From positions 47,288 to 111,287 of the forward strand of contig CAZFCA010000002.1 of NCBI GenBank assembly GCA_964517415.1: a DNA stretch of 64,000 nt, read 5' to 3'. Numbering within the stretch: position 1 is the stretch's first letter; every line of letters starts with the position of its first letter. This DNA is from an uncultured Rhodospirillaceae bacterium (lineage in GTDB: Bacteria; Pseudomonadota; Alphaproteobacteria; UBA9219). The notes beneath the pieces are model-generated. The model did no database searches and was not told the DNA's origin. It saw only the letters and a list, made by a program, of their open reading frames with translations. This document shows, in pieces, positions 16,971 through 27,626 of the stretch. Position numbers and translations under genes: made by a program.

Positions 16971-19715
16971 TCAATTCCATCCGTATCTGCGGATAAACCA
17001 GTTTTTTACATAATGCGTCGCCGTCAGGTAAAGGCCGATAATGGTTATGACAACCGGCCAAAAAGCCCACGGCAAGGGCACAAAACCAAGACTTCTTGCG
17101 ACGGCCGAAAAAGGCAACGTGACGGCGATAGTGCATATGACGAGCGTCGTAAGGATCAGAAGCCAACTGGCGCGGCTTTGAAGGAAAGGGACTTTTTTCG
17201 TGCGGATTACATGGATGATGAGGGTTTGCGTTAAAATTGATTCCACAAACCATGCGGTTTGGAATAATGGCGCGGCCTCGGGCGAATTGGCGCCGAAGCC
17301 GAAATAGAGCATGGCATAGGTCAGGTAATCGAAGATTGAGCTGATGGGGCCCAGAATAAGCATAAAACGAGCGATATGGCCGATGTCCCAGCCGCGGGGC
17401 TCCGTCAGATATTCGTCGTCCACATTGTCGGTTGGAATGGCTGTTTGAGAAAAATCGTACAGAAGGCTGTTGGTCAGGACCTGAATGGGCAGCATCGGCA
17501 GGAAAGGCAGCCATGCGCTGGCGCCCAGAATACTAAACATATTGCCGAAGTTCGAACTCGCGCCCATTTTAATGTATTTTGTAATATTTCCGAAAACCTT
17601 GCGGCCTTCCAGAACCCCTTCTTCGAGAACCATCAAACTTTTTTCGAGAAGAATAATATCGGCGGATTCCTTGGCAATGTCGGCGGCGGTGTCGACGGAG
17701 ATGCCGACGTCAGCGGACTTCAGGGCGGGGCCGTCGTTGATGCCGTCGCCCAAAAAGCCGACGACATGCCCGCCGCGATGCAAGGCGGCGATAACCCGCG
17801 CTTTTTGGGCGGGAGAGACTTTGGCGAAGAGGGTCGTATGCTCCACCCGCCAATCCAATTCTTCGTCCGACATATTGGCCAGCTCGTTCCCCGTCAGAAC
17901 GCCGTCGATCTCCAAATTCACTTCCCTGCATATCCTGCGCGCGACGATGTTGTTGTCGCCGGTCAGGATTTTGACCTTGATGCCATGCCCTGCCAGAGCG
18001 GCCAGCGCGGGCGCGGCGCTTTCCTTCGGCGGGTCGAGGAATGCGACAAAACCGATAAGCGTCATGTCGTTTTCGTCGTTAACCCCATAGGTCGCCTGTT
18101 CCGGCGGCATGTCTTTGTGCGCGACGGCAATGACGCGGAATCCGTCCTCGTTCAGATCCTGCGCCAAGTGCAGCGCGGCCGCATGATCCTCGGGCGTCAT
18201 TTCGTAAGATTTGCCGTGAAGCTCCCCTTTGGTGCAGGCGTGGAGGATTTCTTCAACCGCGCCTTTGCAGATGAGGATATGCTGCTTTGCTTGATTGTTG
18301 GAAACCACCACCGACATACGTCGCCGAACGAAATCGAAGGGGATTTCGTCGATCTTGCCGTAGGCCTGCTCGTCGATGCGCAGATCCTGCCTTACTTCGA
18401 CGTGTTCGAGGACCGCGATATCCAAAAGGTTTTTCAGCCCCGACTGATAGAAACTGTTCAGGTAGGCGTAGCGCAAAACCATGTCGCTTTCTTCGCCTTC
18501 CAGATCGACATACTGTTTCATTATCACTTTGTCTTGCGTTAGCGTGCCTGTTTTGTCGGTGCAAAGCACATCCATCGCGCCGAAATTCTGGATCGAATTC
18601 AGCCGTTTGACGATGACCTTCTTGCGCGACATCGCAAGCGCGCCCTTGCTGAGATTGACCGTGACGATCATCGGCAACATTTGGGGGGTCAATCCTACGG
18701 CGACCGACATCGCGAAGATAAGGGCTTCCATCCAGTCGTGCTTCGTGAAGCCGTTGATGAGAAAAACCAAAGGCACCATCACCAGCATGAAGCGGATCAT
18801 GAGCCACGTAAAACGGTTCACGCCGCGCTCGAAACTCGTCGTGGCGCGCCGCCCGACGATGCTTTTAGCCAGCGAGCCGAAATAGGTGTGCGCGCCTGTC
18901 GCGACCACCACAGCTTTGGCGGTGCCGCTCATGACGTGGCTGCCCATGAAGGCTATGTTGCTAAGCTCCAGAAAATTCGGGCTTTCGCAGCTGCTCAGGT
19001 TTGAGAATTTTTCGACCGGCAACGACTCGCCGGTCAAAAGGGATTGGTTTAAAAACAAGTCCCTTGCGGTGAGAATGCGCAAATCGGCTGGAATGATGTC
19101 GCCCGCCGAAAGCCAGATGATGTCGCCGGGAACAAGCTCTTCAATCGGCACCTCAAGGCGCGTTGATTTGCGCAAGTCCTGCACAAGGGGTTCTTCGGTC
19201 TCTGCCGCCTCGTCGTCGAGTGTGGTTTGGCGCAGGATCGAGGCCGTCGTGCTGACCATCTCGCGCAGTTTTTCGGCCGCGTTGTTGGCGCGGTTTTCCT
19301 GAATGAAGGAAAGCGATACGCTAAGGACGACCATGACGCTGACTAGGCCGCCCGACTCGAAATCGCCCAGAAACAGGAAGTTTACGACCGCCAGAACGAG
19401 CAGCATGACGTTCAGCGGATTTAAAAGAAGATGGAGAAGCTGTTCCCAGACGCTTTTGTGCTCTTCGCTCACAACCTGATTTTTGCCGTAGATATCGGCG
19501 CGCCTTTCGGCATCCATGTCGCGCAGGCCGTCCAAAGAGGTTTCCAGCCTTGCGAGCGCGCCTTCGGGATCCATCTGGGCGATGGCGGCGAGTTGGTCGA
19601 AACTCTTTCCGCTTGGGGCCGCGGCCGTTTTTTTCGATCCTAAAAACTCTTTTGCGGCCAAGACAATTCGGTCGGCAAAAGAAGGGGTGGGGGGCATGAG
19701 TTCGGGAGTCAGCAT
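16971..19715 (-). CDS. mgtA: magnesium-translocating P-type ATPase MgtA
   Basis: Motifs present are the P-type DKTGTLT site, TGDN, GDGINDGPAL and 10 TM helices. The overall MgtA/MgtB architecture is recognisable. The start was re-derived to the ATG at 19715, which is preceded by GGAGG. Confidence 0.9.
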   Translation of the reverse strand: MLTPELMPPTPSFADRIVLAAKEFLGSKKTAAAPSGKSFDQLAAIAQMDPEGALARLETSLDGLRDMDAERRADIYGKNQVVSEEHKSVWEQLLHLLLNPLNVMLLVLAVVNFLFLGDFESGGLVSVMVVLSVSLSFIQENRANNAAEKLREMVSTTASILRQTTLDDEAAETEEPLVQDLRKSTRLEVPIEELVPGDIIWLSAGDIIPADLRILTARDLFLNQSLLTGESLPVEKFSNLSSCESPNFLELSNIAFMGSHVMSGTAKAVVVATGAHTYFGSLAKSIVGRRATTSFERGVNRFTWLMIRFMLVMVPLVFLINGFTKHDWMEALIFAMSVAVGLTPQMLPMIVTVNLSKGALAMSRKKVIVKRLNSIQNFGAMDVLCTDKTGTLTQDKVIMKQYVDLEGEESDMVLRYAYLNSFYQSGLKNLLDIAVLEHVEVRQDLRIDEQAYGKIDEIPFDFVRRRMSVVVSNNQAKQHILICKGAVEEILHACTKGELHGKSYEMTPEDHAAALHLAQDLNEDGFRVIAVAHKDMPPEQATYGVNDENDMTLIGFVAFLDPPKESAAPALAALAGHGIKVKILTGDNNIVARRICREVNLEIDGVLTGNELANMSDEELDWRVEHTTLFAKVSPAQKARVIAALHRGGHVVGFLGDGINDGPALKSADVGISVDTAADIAKESADIILLEKSLMVLEEGVLEGRKVFGNITKYIKMGASSNFGNMFSILGASAWLPFLPMLPIQVLTNSLLYDFSQTAIPTDNVDDEYLTEPRGWDIGHIARFMLILGPISSIFDYLTYAMLYFGFGANSPEAAPLFQTAWFVESILTQTLIIHVIRTKKVPFLQSRASWLLILTTLVICTIAVTLPFSAVARSLGFVPLPWAFWPVVITIIGLYLTATHYVKNWFIRRYGWN

Positions 19716-20209
19716 CGCAGACCTCCGCAAAAGCGAGCCCATAAGGAACAAAGGAAAATTCGTTGAATTGTAAAATGGACTTTTTTCATCAACACGCTCC
19801 CGCAAACAAAACAAGGCCAAGGCCGCAGTTTTATAGGTGTGGCGGCGCGGGAGGCTTGTCGGCTTTTTCCGAAATAAAATGTCTGGCCATGGCGCGGATT
19901 GCGCAGGACCGTAAATGAGGCGCGATGAATATCGTCGTCATGTTTCACCTTCCATGCTGATCCGCGCTGCGGGAAGGGAACGCGCCTTAAGGGGCGAAGG
20001 CCTTATCTGCAGGAAGCGAAAAAACTGGAGACATTATTGAAACGGTCCCAAAAAAAAGGATCGCCGCACCTGTCGCCTTCCATGTCTTTCTCTCTGTTTA
20101 GGGGGGAAGAAATCAGCCCCCGACTCTTGCCGAGGCTCTACACCTTGGGCATGCGTCGAGTCAACAAAAAGCTGGTGATTTTGGGCGATTCTGTGGGCTC
20201 TTGTATGGT

Positions 20210-20491
20210 TTATTTCTCGGCCGACACAGCCCGGATGTATTCGCATAAGGATTGATCGCATCCGATCAGAACGGCATCGACGCCTGCCTCGCCTTCACCG
20301 GCCATTTTAGGCAGATTGCAGGTGACGCGATAAACGGTCTTTCCCTGATTGCCTAGAATATTCTGGACAACCTCGACCTTTTTCGGCTGGCAATTGTTGA
20401 TACGGGCGACTTCCCGCGCGTCGAACGGACCCGCAAACGCAGAGAAGGTTAAGACAAGCGCGAAGCAAAGGATGGCAATTACGCGGGACAT
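20210..20491 (-). CDS. small secreted protein (4 Cys), hypothetical
   Basis: The 93-aa C-terminal part of track ORF 20210-20809 starts at MSRVIAILCFALVLTFSAFA, a signal peptide. The rest of the track ORF is low-complexity read-through. Confidence 0.35.
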   Translation of the reverse strand: MSRVIAILCFALVLTFSAFAGPFDAREVARINNCQPKKVEVVQNILGNQGKTVYRVTCNLPKMAGEGEAGVDAVLIGCDQSLCEYIRAVSAEK

Positions 20492-20543
20492 GAAGCAATA
20501 TAGGCAAAAATCTGTTAACGCGGTCTTACCGACAAATCGGCGC

Positions 20544-21305
20544 ATGAGCACTATTTCAACCACTATCGATGGCTTGTTGAACAGCCAAGTGCAAGTGGAA
20601 CAGCCTTCCAAGGGCTTTCGGATCGCCATTGACACGGTTCTTCTGGCGGCGGCTGTTCCGGCAAAAACGGGCGAGGACATTCTTGATTTGGGGTGCGGGG
20701 TCGGGGGCGCGATGCTTTGCGTTTCTTGCCGTGTCCGAGGCGTCAAAGGGCTTGGGCTGGAAATACAGGAGGAGCTGGTAAATCTTTGCAGGAACAATAT
20801 CTTACGCAACGCTTTTGCGAAAGAGCTTGAGGTCTGGCAGACGGATGCTACCTCTTTGCCGGACGATCTGACGGAGCGTTTCGATCAGGCATTCATGAAT
20901 CCCCCTTATCATGAAAACGCGTTGCATGAGAAATCCTCTAATGTCCTTAAGGGGCTTTCTAATACAGAAACGGGCGGCCTTGATTTATGGATATCATCGG
21001 CCGCGGCGGCGTTGAAACCGGGTGGCATGCTGACGCTTATTCATAAAGCCGACCGGCTTCAGGATGTTTTGGGGTTACTTCAAAAGCACTTTGGGGAAAT
21101 CGGGGTGTTGCCCCTGATTTCAAAAAAGGGACGTGCCCCCAAGCGCGTTATTGTCGGGGCGCGCAAGGGAGGCAATTTTTTCGTTAACGGGAGCGAGTCT
21201 TTCGTCCTTCATCAGGATACCGGCGTTTATACGCCGCAGGCGGAAGCTGTTTTGAGGCGGGGCGAAGCGTTAAGGATGGCTTATACCAAAGGCGCAATGA
21301 AATGA
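20544..21305 (+). CDS. class I SAM-dependent N6-adenine-type methyltransferase (methyltransferase small domain; tRNA m6A37 MTase-like)
   Basis: The SAM motif I is ILDLGCGVGG. The NPPY catalytic motif appears as FMNPPYHE. The start was re-derived to the ATG at 20544. Confidence 0.65.
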   Translation: MSTISTTIDGLLNSQVQVEQPSKGFRIAIDTVLLAAAVPAKTGEDILDLGCGVGGAMLCVSCRVRGVKGLGLEIQEELVNLCRNNILRNAFAKELEVWQTDATSLPDDLTERFDQAFMNPPYHENALHEKSSNVLKGLSNTETGGLDLWISSAAAALKPGGMLTLIHKADRLQDVLGLLQKHFGEIGVLPLISKKGRAPKRVIVGARKGGNFFVNGSESFVLHQDTGVYTPQAEAVLRRGEALRMAYTKGAMK

Positions 21306-21347
21306 CTTGACTCAAGCAATATGGGCACGTTCATTGATCGTTTGGCA

Positions 21348-21761
21348 TTAGTGAATGCTTGGAATTGTTTTATGGGAAAGAAAGCGTTCGATATAATCGC
21401 TGATTTCTTCCCTGTTGAACGGTTTTGTGAAATAACCGTCAGCATGGATCTGCGAAGCGGCTTCTTTTGCTTCGGTGAAGTCGTTTAAGGTTGCCATGAC
21501 GACGTAGGTCTGCGGGCTGCTTTCTTTGATTCTGCGCGCAAGCTCCAAACCGTCCCCGTCGGGAAGCCTTATGTCGAGAAAAACCAGATCGGGCTTTTTG
21601 CTTGTAAATAGATCCCAGCCGTCTTTGGCTCTTGATGCAGGATAGACGAGATACTGGTCGCGAAGGGCCAGACGGAAAAGCTCTCTTTGGATATCGTTGT
21701 CTTCAACGACGAGAATGCGTATTTTTTGAAGTTTCTGAAAAGGATGTTGCGTTGCTGTCAT
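21348..21761 (-). CDS. single-domain response regulator (CheY-like receiver only)
   Basis: 137 aa. Receiver (REC) domain residues present are the acidic pair VEDND, the phospho-acceptor Asp in VFLDIRLPDGDG, and the Thr and Lys in TKPF. It is a paralog of the receiver at 28745-29158. Confidence 0.85.
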   Translation of the reverse strand: MTATQHPFQKLQKIRILVVEDNDIQRELFRLALRDQYLVYPASRAKDGWDLFTSKKPDLVFLDIRLPDGDGLELARRIKESSPQTYVVMATLNDFTEAKEAASQIHADGYFTKPFNREEISDYIERFLSHKTIPSIH

Positions 21762-21885
21762 AGGGTCCTCGCCGCAATAAAATTACGCGCCGACCATCGC
21801 CATGAAACGCCTATCATACACAAAAAAGGTAAATAATTCTTATAGGTTAAAGAACGGTAATAATTAGGTCCTTGATATAAATGGT

Positions 21886-22632
21886 TCAGCTTGCCCAGTC
21901 TCCGCGATTAGCCTGCCAGCAGGCCAAAGCCGATATGGCGGCGGTATCCGCTCTCAGGATTCGGGGGCCAAGGCGCACGAAAAAGGCTTGGGGAACAGTG
22001 CGCAGAAGGGTTAATTCTTCGCCTGAAAAACCGCCTTCGGGACCGACCAGAACGGCCGCTTTTTTAAACATATTTAACTTTGGAGCGCAAAAGGCGGCAT
22101 GAATAGGCTCGGCGTTTCCCCATTCCGCGCAAACGATTAATGCTCTGTCTTGAGGAAAAACATCAACAAGATCGGAAAGGTAAACGGGCGATCCTACCGC
22201 CGGAATGCTTAATCGTTCCGATTGTTCGGCGGCTTCGCGGCAAAGGCAATAGAGGCGGTCTCCGTTAATATCACGCACTTGCGCGCGTTCGGTCAGTACG
22301 GGTTGAATTTCGCTAACGCCAAGTTCCGTCGCTTTTTCAAGCATGTTGTCGAAATGAATTTTCTTAATGGGGGCGCAGCACAGCCATAAATCAGGTTCCG
22401 GGGATTGAGGCCGCAGCTGCTTGCCAATAGAAATTAGGACGCCTTTTTTGCTTTCCGCGCTTATAGTTCCAAGGTATTCGCCATCGCGCCCATTGAAAAG
22501 TCGCAGGCTTTCGCCCACTTTCATGCGCAGCACATGGCGTAGATAATGAGCCTGATCGGGAGAAGCCGTCACTTCTAGCCCTGAGGTGAGATTTTCCGCG
22601 ACATGTATTCGGTGAGTGTGTCGGATGTCCAT
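21886..22632 (-). CDS. rsmE: 16S rRNA (uracil1498-N3)-methyltransferase RsmE
   Basis: It aligns with E. coli RsmE from MDIRHTHRIHV, so the start was set to the ATG at 22632. The C-terminal SPOUT domain contains GPEGGFS. Confidence 0.85.
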   Translation of the reverse strand: MDIRHTHRIHVAENLTSGLEVTASPDQAHYLRHVLRMKVGESLRLFNGRDGEYLGTISAESKKGVLISIGKQLRPQSPEPDLWLCCAPIKKIHFDNMLEKATELGVSEIQPVLTERAQVRDINGDRLYCLCREAAEQSERLSIPAVGSPVYLSDLVDVFPQDRALIVCAEWGNAEPIHAAFCAPKLNMFKKAAVLVGPEGGFSGEELTLLRTVPQAFFVRLGPRILRADTAAISALACWQANRGDWAS

Positions 22633-22774
22633 GAAAAGACCCAAGGAGAAAGATAATATCGTTTACCTCTCTTTCGGAGTTCAAGCAACGTGCTATCCAT
22701 GCGTTCATTTCCTTGTGCGGTCGACCTAAAAAAGGCTAAAAATTGGAGACGATTCTTTTTGGGACCCTTTCTTC

Positions 22775-24226
22775 ATGCTTCTTTCGCAGTTAACAGCCGG
22801 TGTTTCGGAAGGTTCCGATGTCGATGTCACGGGGATCACGGAAGATTCGCGTAAAGTCAAACCAGGATTTCTTTTCATCGCGACGCCCGGAACGAAACAG
22901 AACGGATGCGCCTTTATCGACGACGCCCTTCAAAAAGGCGCCGTCGCCATCGTTGCGCCTGAGGATTTGGAAGCGACCGCGCCAGTTCCAATAGTGAGGA
23001 CTCCCGATGTGCGCATAGCCACCGCCGGCTTGGCGGCGGCATTTTATCCCCGCCAGCCCGAGACGATAGCCGCAGTGACAGGCACGAGCGGTAAAACATC
23101 AACCGCGCAATTCGCGCGCGAAATTTGGCAGGCCTTGGGGCACGCTTCGGCAAGCATCGGGACGCTTGGCCTTGTGACGGCGCAGGGAATGCATTATGGC
23201 GCGCTCACAACGCCGGATGCGATCACGTTTCACCGCCTTCTTGACGATTGCGCGGCTCAGGGAATTACGCATGCGGCCATCGAGGCGTCTAGCCACGGCA
23301 TTGAACTTCATCGATTGGATAAGGCGCGCTTGAAGGCGGGTGCTTTTACGAACCTTTCGCGCGACCATTTGGATCGCTACGGCACAATGGATGCCTATTA
23401 CGCTGCCAAGAGGGGGCTTTTCACGTTCCTGTTGCCTTCGGGGGCCGTTGCTGTCCTAAACGCCGACGTCCCGCAGTTTTCAGAATTGTCGGGAATTGCG
23501 CGGCAACGCGGATTGAAAGTCATTTCTTTTGGCAAAAACGCCGAGGATTTGCGCCTGATCCGTTGCGAGCCAGACTCCAAAGGGCAGATTTTAAGCATCG
23601 AGAGCTTCGGAAAAAGGACCGAGCTTTTGCTTCCTGTCATCGGCGGTTTTCAGGCATGGAACGCCTTATGCGCTGCCGGGCTTGCGATTGGAAGCGGGAG
23701 CGATGCGGAAAAAACGCTCGCCGCGTTGTCGAAAGTTTCCGGCGTTCCCGGCCGTCTTCAATACATCGGCGCGTCGGCGAAGGGCGGCGAAGTATTTGTG
23801 GATTACGCGCATAAGCCTGACGCCTTGGCCAACGTGCTGCGCGCGTTGCGTCCCCATGTGAGGGTTCATGAAGGCGCGAAACTGGGAGTCGTTATCGGCT
23901 GCGGCGGGGATCGCGACAGGGGCAAAAGGCCGATCATGGGGGATATCGCCCAAAAAGAGGCGGATTGGGTGATTGTCACGGACGATAATCCGCGCTCGGA
24001 AAATCCGGCGGCTATTCGCGCCGAGATAGTGGCGGGGTGCGGCGATCTTTCGAACGTCGCCGAAATCGGCGACCGCGCGAAAGCTATTCTGGAAGGCGTG
24101 GACAAGCTGAGGGCGCATGATGTTTTGATTATTGCGGGCAAGGGGCATGAACCCGGACAGATTGTGGGCGATACCGTTTTTCCCTTTGACGATGCGGAGC
24201 AGGCAAGAAAGGCCTTGGGCTTATGA
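22775..24226 (+). CDS. murE: UDP-N-acetylmuramoyl-L-alanyl-D-glutamate--2,6-diaminopimelate ligase MurE
   Basis: 483 aa. The P-loop is VTGTSGKTST. All Mur ligase N, M and C domains are present. The DNPR motif is present. Confidence 0.95.
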   Translation: MLLSQLTAGVSEGSDVDVTGITEDSRKVKPGFLFIATPGTKQNGCAFIDDALQKGAVAIVAPEDLEATAPVPIVRTPDVRIATAGLAAAFYPRQPETIAAVTGTSGKTSTAQFAREIWQALGHASASIGTLGLVTAQGMHYGALTTPDAITFHRLLDDCAAQGITHAAIEASSHGIELHRLDKARLKAGAFTNLSRDHLDRYGTMDAYYAAKRGLFTFLLPSGAVAVLNADVPQFSELSGIARQRGLKVISFGKNAEDLRLIRCEPDSKGQILSIESFGKRTELLLPVIGGFQAWNALCAAGLAIGSGSDAEKTLAALSKVSGVPGRLQYIGASAKGGEVFVDYAHKPDALANVLRALRPHVRVHEGAKLGVVIGCGGDRDRGKRPIMGDIAQKEADWVIVTDDNPRSENPAAIRAEIVAGCGDLSNVAEIGDRAKAILEGVDKLRAHDVLIIAGKGHEPGQIVGDTVFPFDDAEQARKALGL

Positions 24227-25203
24227 CGGCGCCGTTTCTCTGGCTTGCAGATGCTGTTTTTCGCGTTGTTCGGGGCTGGAGTCTGCACGAGCAGACGTGG
24301 GCGGTTTCCGGGCTTTCCGTAGATATCGCCAAGACTAAGCCCGGGGATCTCTTTTTTGCTATCGACGATCCGTTTTTGCGCGGGCACGATTCCGTAGCCG
24401 CAGCCTTTGTTGCCGGCGCAACCGCGGCTGTCGTATCGCGCCAGCCAATGCACGTTCCGTCGACCGCGCCGCTTATCTTCGTCGAGGACACGCGCGCCGC
24501 TCTTTTGGCTTTGGCGCGGGAAGCGCGCCTCAGGACCAAGAGCAAAATATTGGCCGTTGTGGGGAACGCTGAAAGGGAAAGCGTCCGGCAGATGTTGCGT
24601 CTTGCCCTGAGCGCGATTGGAAAGACTTGCGTTTTTGATTGCGCCGAAGGCGCTTCTTTAGGCTTGTATTTGGCTTTGGCCGGCCTGCCGACAGGGGCGG
24701 ACTATGCCGTTTTGGGGCTCGATTTAAGCCATCCATCAGCCGTTATGATGGAGCTTATTCGTCCCGACATCGCTGTGGTGACCCCTGCTGAAGTCCCGCT
24801 TTTCAGAACGAAGGACTTTTTAAAAGGGATGGATCAAGGCGCCGTCGTGATTGCGAACAAAGACGCCGCTCGTCTCGTGGGTGCTGTGGCGAAAAGCCAA
24901 GGCATACGGAAAATTTTGCACTTCTCGGAAAGCGCGAAGGCGGACGCCTGTTTGATAAATTGCGCATTGGCGGGAAAAGAGTACATTGTGAACGCCGTCA
25001 TTCATGGAAAAAAAATCAACTATATGATGAACCTATCCAGCTTAAAGGAAGTGCCTTATTCTTTGGCGGCGATGCTTGCGGCGGTCGAAGCTGGCGGAAA
25101 GGGAGAAGTATGCGCTGCGGCTCTGCTGGGATATAGAGCGGCGCCGCTCAGCGGGAAGGAGGAGGCGTTTTCCGCGCCTTACGCCAATAAAAACATCACC
25201 TAA
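24223..25203 (+). pseudogene. MurF-like relic: truncated Mur ligase with a degenerate active site (intact ORF, 326 aa)
   Basis: The N-terminal MurF-like domain is present. The central domain is partial, and the P-loop GxxGKT is replaced by VVGNAERES. The C-terminal domain is absent. Only 990 bp separate the murE stop from the mraY start, where about 1.4 kb would be expected. Confidence 0.6.
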
Positions 25204-25212
25204 GGACTTTCT

Positions 25213-26298
25213 ATGCTTTTTCACGCTTTTACGCCCTTCGCTCATGATTTCATTCTGTTCAATCTGTTCAGGTACATCACGTTCCGGACGGGGTGCGCCA
25301 TGGCGACTTCTCTTCTGGTTTGTTTTATCTTTGGCCCCCGCATCATTCGCTGGCTGAAAAGCAAGCAGGGCGACGGGCAACCCATTCGCGACGATGGGCC
25401 GGAAACCCACCTCAAGAAAAAAGGCACGCCGACGATGGGCGGCCTGATGATCCTGATTTCCGTGATCGTGAGCACGCTTTTGTGGGCGGATTTGTCGAAC
25501 GTATATACATGGGCAGTCATAGCTGTGACGCTTGGGTTCGGCTCGGTCGGTTTTTTCGACGACTACAAGAAGCTGACGAAGCGTTCTTCCCACGGCGTGT
25601 CCGGCCGCGCTCGATTGGCTATTCAAGTTATCATCGCTGCCCTTGCCGTCTATTTTATTACTCAGGCGGCGCCGCCGTTGACGGCTAATGCCGTGGCTAT
25701 TCCGTTCGTCAAGGATTTCATGCTGCGGCTGGGGGTGTTTTTCGTGCCCTTCGCCGTGTTCGTCATTATCGGCGCAAGCAACGCCGTCAATTTAACCGAT
25801 GGCTTGGATGGGCTTGCCGCCGTTCCGGTTATTATCGCCGCGCTTTGCTTTATGATTATCGCTTATCTTGCGGGGAATTATACGTTCGCCAATTATTTGC
25901 AAATCCACCACGTTCAAGGGGCGGGGGAGCTGGCTGTGTTTTGCGGCGCCCTTGTAGGCGCTTGCTTGGGGTTCTTGTGGTTCAATGCCCCGCCTGCGCA
26001 GGTTTTTATGGGCGATACCGGCTCTCTTGCGCTTGGCAGCGCCCTTGGAACAATTTCCGTTATCATCAAGCATGAACTTGTGCTGGCCATCGTCGGCGGC
26101 CTTTTTGTTGTCGAGACGCTATCCGTCGTCATTCAGGTCGCTTCGTTCAAGCTGACTGGAAAGCGCGTTTTTCGCATGGCGCCCATTCATCATCATTTCG
26201 AAAAAATGGGTTGGTCCGAGTCCACGGTCGTCATACGGTTCTGGATCATTGCCTGCGTTTTAGGATTAATTGGCCTTTCCACTTTGAAATTGAGGTAA
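25213..26298 (+). CDS. mraY: phospho-N-acetylmuramoyl-pentapeptide transferase MraY
   Basis: 361 aa and polytopic. MraY motifs are [13 protein letters not shown] and the catalytic HHHF region. Confidence 0.95.
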   Translation: MLFHAFTPFAHDFILFNLFRYITFRTGCAMATSLLVCFIFGPRIIRWLKSKQGDGQPIRDDGPETHLKKKGTPTMGGLMILISVIVSTLLWADLSNVYTWAVIAVTLGFGSVGFFDDYKKLTKRSSHGVSGRARLAIQVIIAALAVYFITQAAPPLTANAVAIPFVKDFMLRLGVFFVPFAVFVIIGASNAVNLTDGLDGLAAVPVIIAALCFMIIAYLAGNYTFANYLQIHHVQGAGELAVFCGALVGACLGFLWFNAPPAQVFMGDTGSLALGSALGTISVIIKHELVLAIVGGLFVVETLSVVIQVASFKLTGKRVFRMAPIHHHFEKMGWSESTVVIRFWIIACVLGLIGLSTLKLR

Positions 26299-26302
26299 TG
26301 GG

Positions 26303-27625
26303 GTGAAAACATTTGATTTTTTTAAAGATAAAACAGTGACGCTGATGGGGCTTGGTTTGCTTGGCAGGGGCGTGGGAGACGCGGCCTTTTTGGCGCGGCA
26401 GTGCAAAAAAGTTTTTGTGACGGACGCTAAAAGCAAAGAAGAGCTTCAAAAGTCGGTCGAAGCTCTTAAAGAATTCAGGAATATCGAATTTTTTCTGGGC
26501 GGCCACGATACCAAGATATTCGAGAACGTCGATTTCGTCGTCAAGGGTGCGGGCGTGCGGCTTGACAACCCTTATATCGCCCATGCGAAAGAAAAAAACG
26601 TCCCCGTATACATGAGCACGGCTTTGTTCGCACATTTGGCGCCTCTGAAGGTCGTCGGCGTGACGGGCACGCGGGGAAAGACAACGACGACCTGCATGAT
26701 CGGGGATATTCTTAAGCGCGCGGGCAAGAAGGTCATGATGGGGGGAAATCTTCGCGGCGTTTCGACCCTCGCGCTGCTGGAGGAAGCCGAAAACTTCGAC
26801 TATGCCGTGCTCGAGCTGGATTCATGGCAGTTGCAGGGCTTCGACGGCTTTGGCATAAGCCCGACGATTGGCGTCTTCACGACCTTTTACCCAGACCACA
26901 TGAATTATTATGACGGCGACATGGCTCTTTATCGGCGCGATAAAGCGGCGATATTCAGGCACCAGAAAGAAGGGGATGCGTTCGTCACAACGCCGGAAGT
27001 GGCTGAGCTTCTTAAGGCAAACGGGGAAACGGACGTCCTTCGTTCGAAAATGATTCTGGCGGAACCTCTGTCGCCTTCTTTCGTTTTAAATGTTCCAGGC
27101 AGGCATAATTTAATCAACGCTTCCTTGGCAAAGGGGGCGGCCAAGGCCTGCGGCATAGGCGACGGCATTATCGATGAGGCGCTGCGGAATTTTGATGCCA
27201 TCGAGGGAAGGCTTCAGCGCGTTGGCCAGTGGCAGGGCAGGACATTCTACAACGACTCGAACGCGACGACGCAAGAGGCGACCTTAGCCGCCTTGGCTTC
27301 CTTTCCGCCGCAGTCGATAGTTTTGATATTTGGAGGCGCCGACAAAGGGCTGCCTATCGACGGGCTGATCGATAGCCTTTCCACGAACGGCATTCGCGCT
27401 GTTTTAATCAAAGGCACGGGGACGGATCGCGTTCTGCAAAAATTGCCGCATGTCCCGGTGGCAAGCACGATGCAAGAGGCGTTTAAAACGGCCGTCGATT
27501 TATCGAAGATGGGCGATCATGTCATTTTGAGCCCTGCCTTCGCCTCCTTCGGCGTGTTCAAGAACGAATACGACAGAAGCGATCAATACATGCAGGAAGT
27601 TAGAAATCAGGAGGCGCAGAAGTAA
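26303..27625 (+). CDS. murD: UDP-N-acetylmuramoylalanine--D-glutamate ligase MurD
   Basis: 440 aa. The P-loop is GVTGTRGKTTTT. The N-terminus is Rossmann-like. Confidence 0.95.
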   Translation: MKTFDFFKDKTVTLMGLGLLGRGVGDAAFLARQCKKVFVTDAKSKEELQKSVEALKEFRNIEFFLGGHDTKIFENVDFVVKGAGVRLDNPYIAHAKEKNVPVYMSTALFAHLAPLKVVGVTGTRGKTTTTCMIGDILKRAGKKVMMGGNLRGVSTLALLEEAENFDYAVLELDSWQLQGFDGFGISPTIGVFTTFYPDHMNYYDGDMALYRRDKAAIFRHQKEGDAFVTTPEVAELLKANGETDVLRSKMILAEPLSPSFVLNVPGRHNLINASLAKGAAKACGIGDGIIDEALRNFDAIEGRLQRVGQWQGRTFYNDSNATTQEATLAALASFPPQSIVLIFGGADKGLPIDGLIDSLSTNGIRAVLIKGTGTDRVLQKLPHVPVASTMQEAFKTAVDLSKMGDHVILSPAFASFGVFKNEYDRSDQYMQEVRNQEAQK

Positions 27626-27626
27626 G

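Noticed and set aside
17376-18542. A 388-aa plus-strand ORF, with several shorter ones, lies inside mgtA.
   Set aside because: It lies entirely antisense within a strongly supported P-type ATPase gene and has no recognisable motifs. This is typical of GC-rich antisense read-through ORFs.
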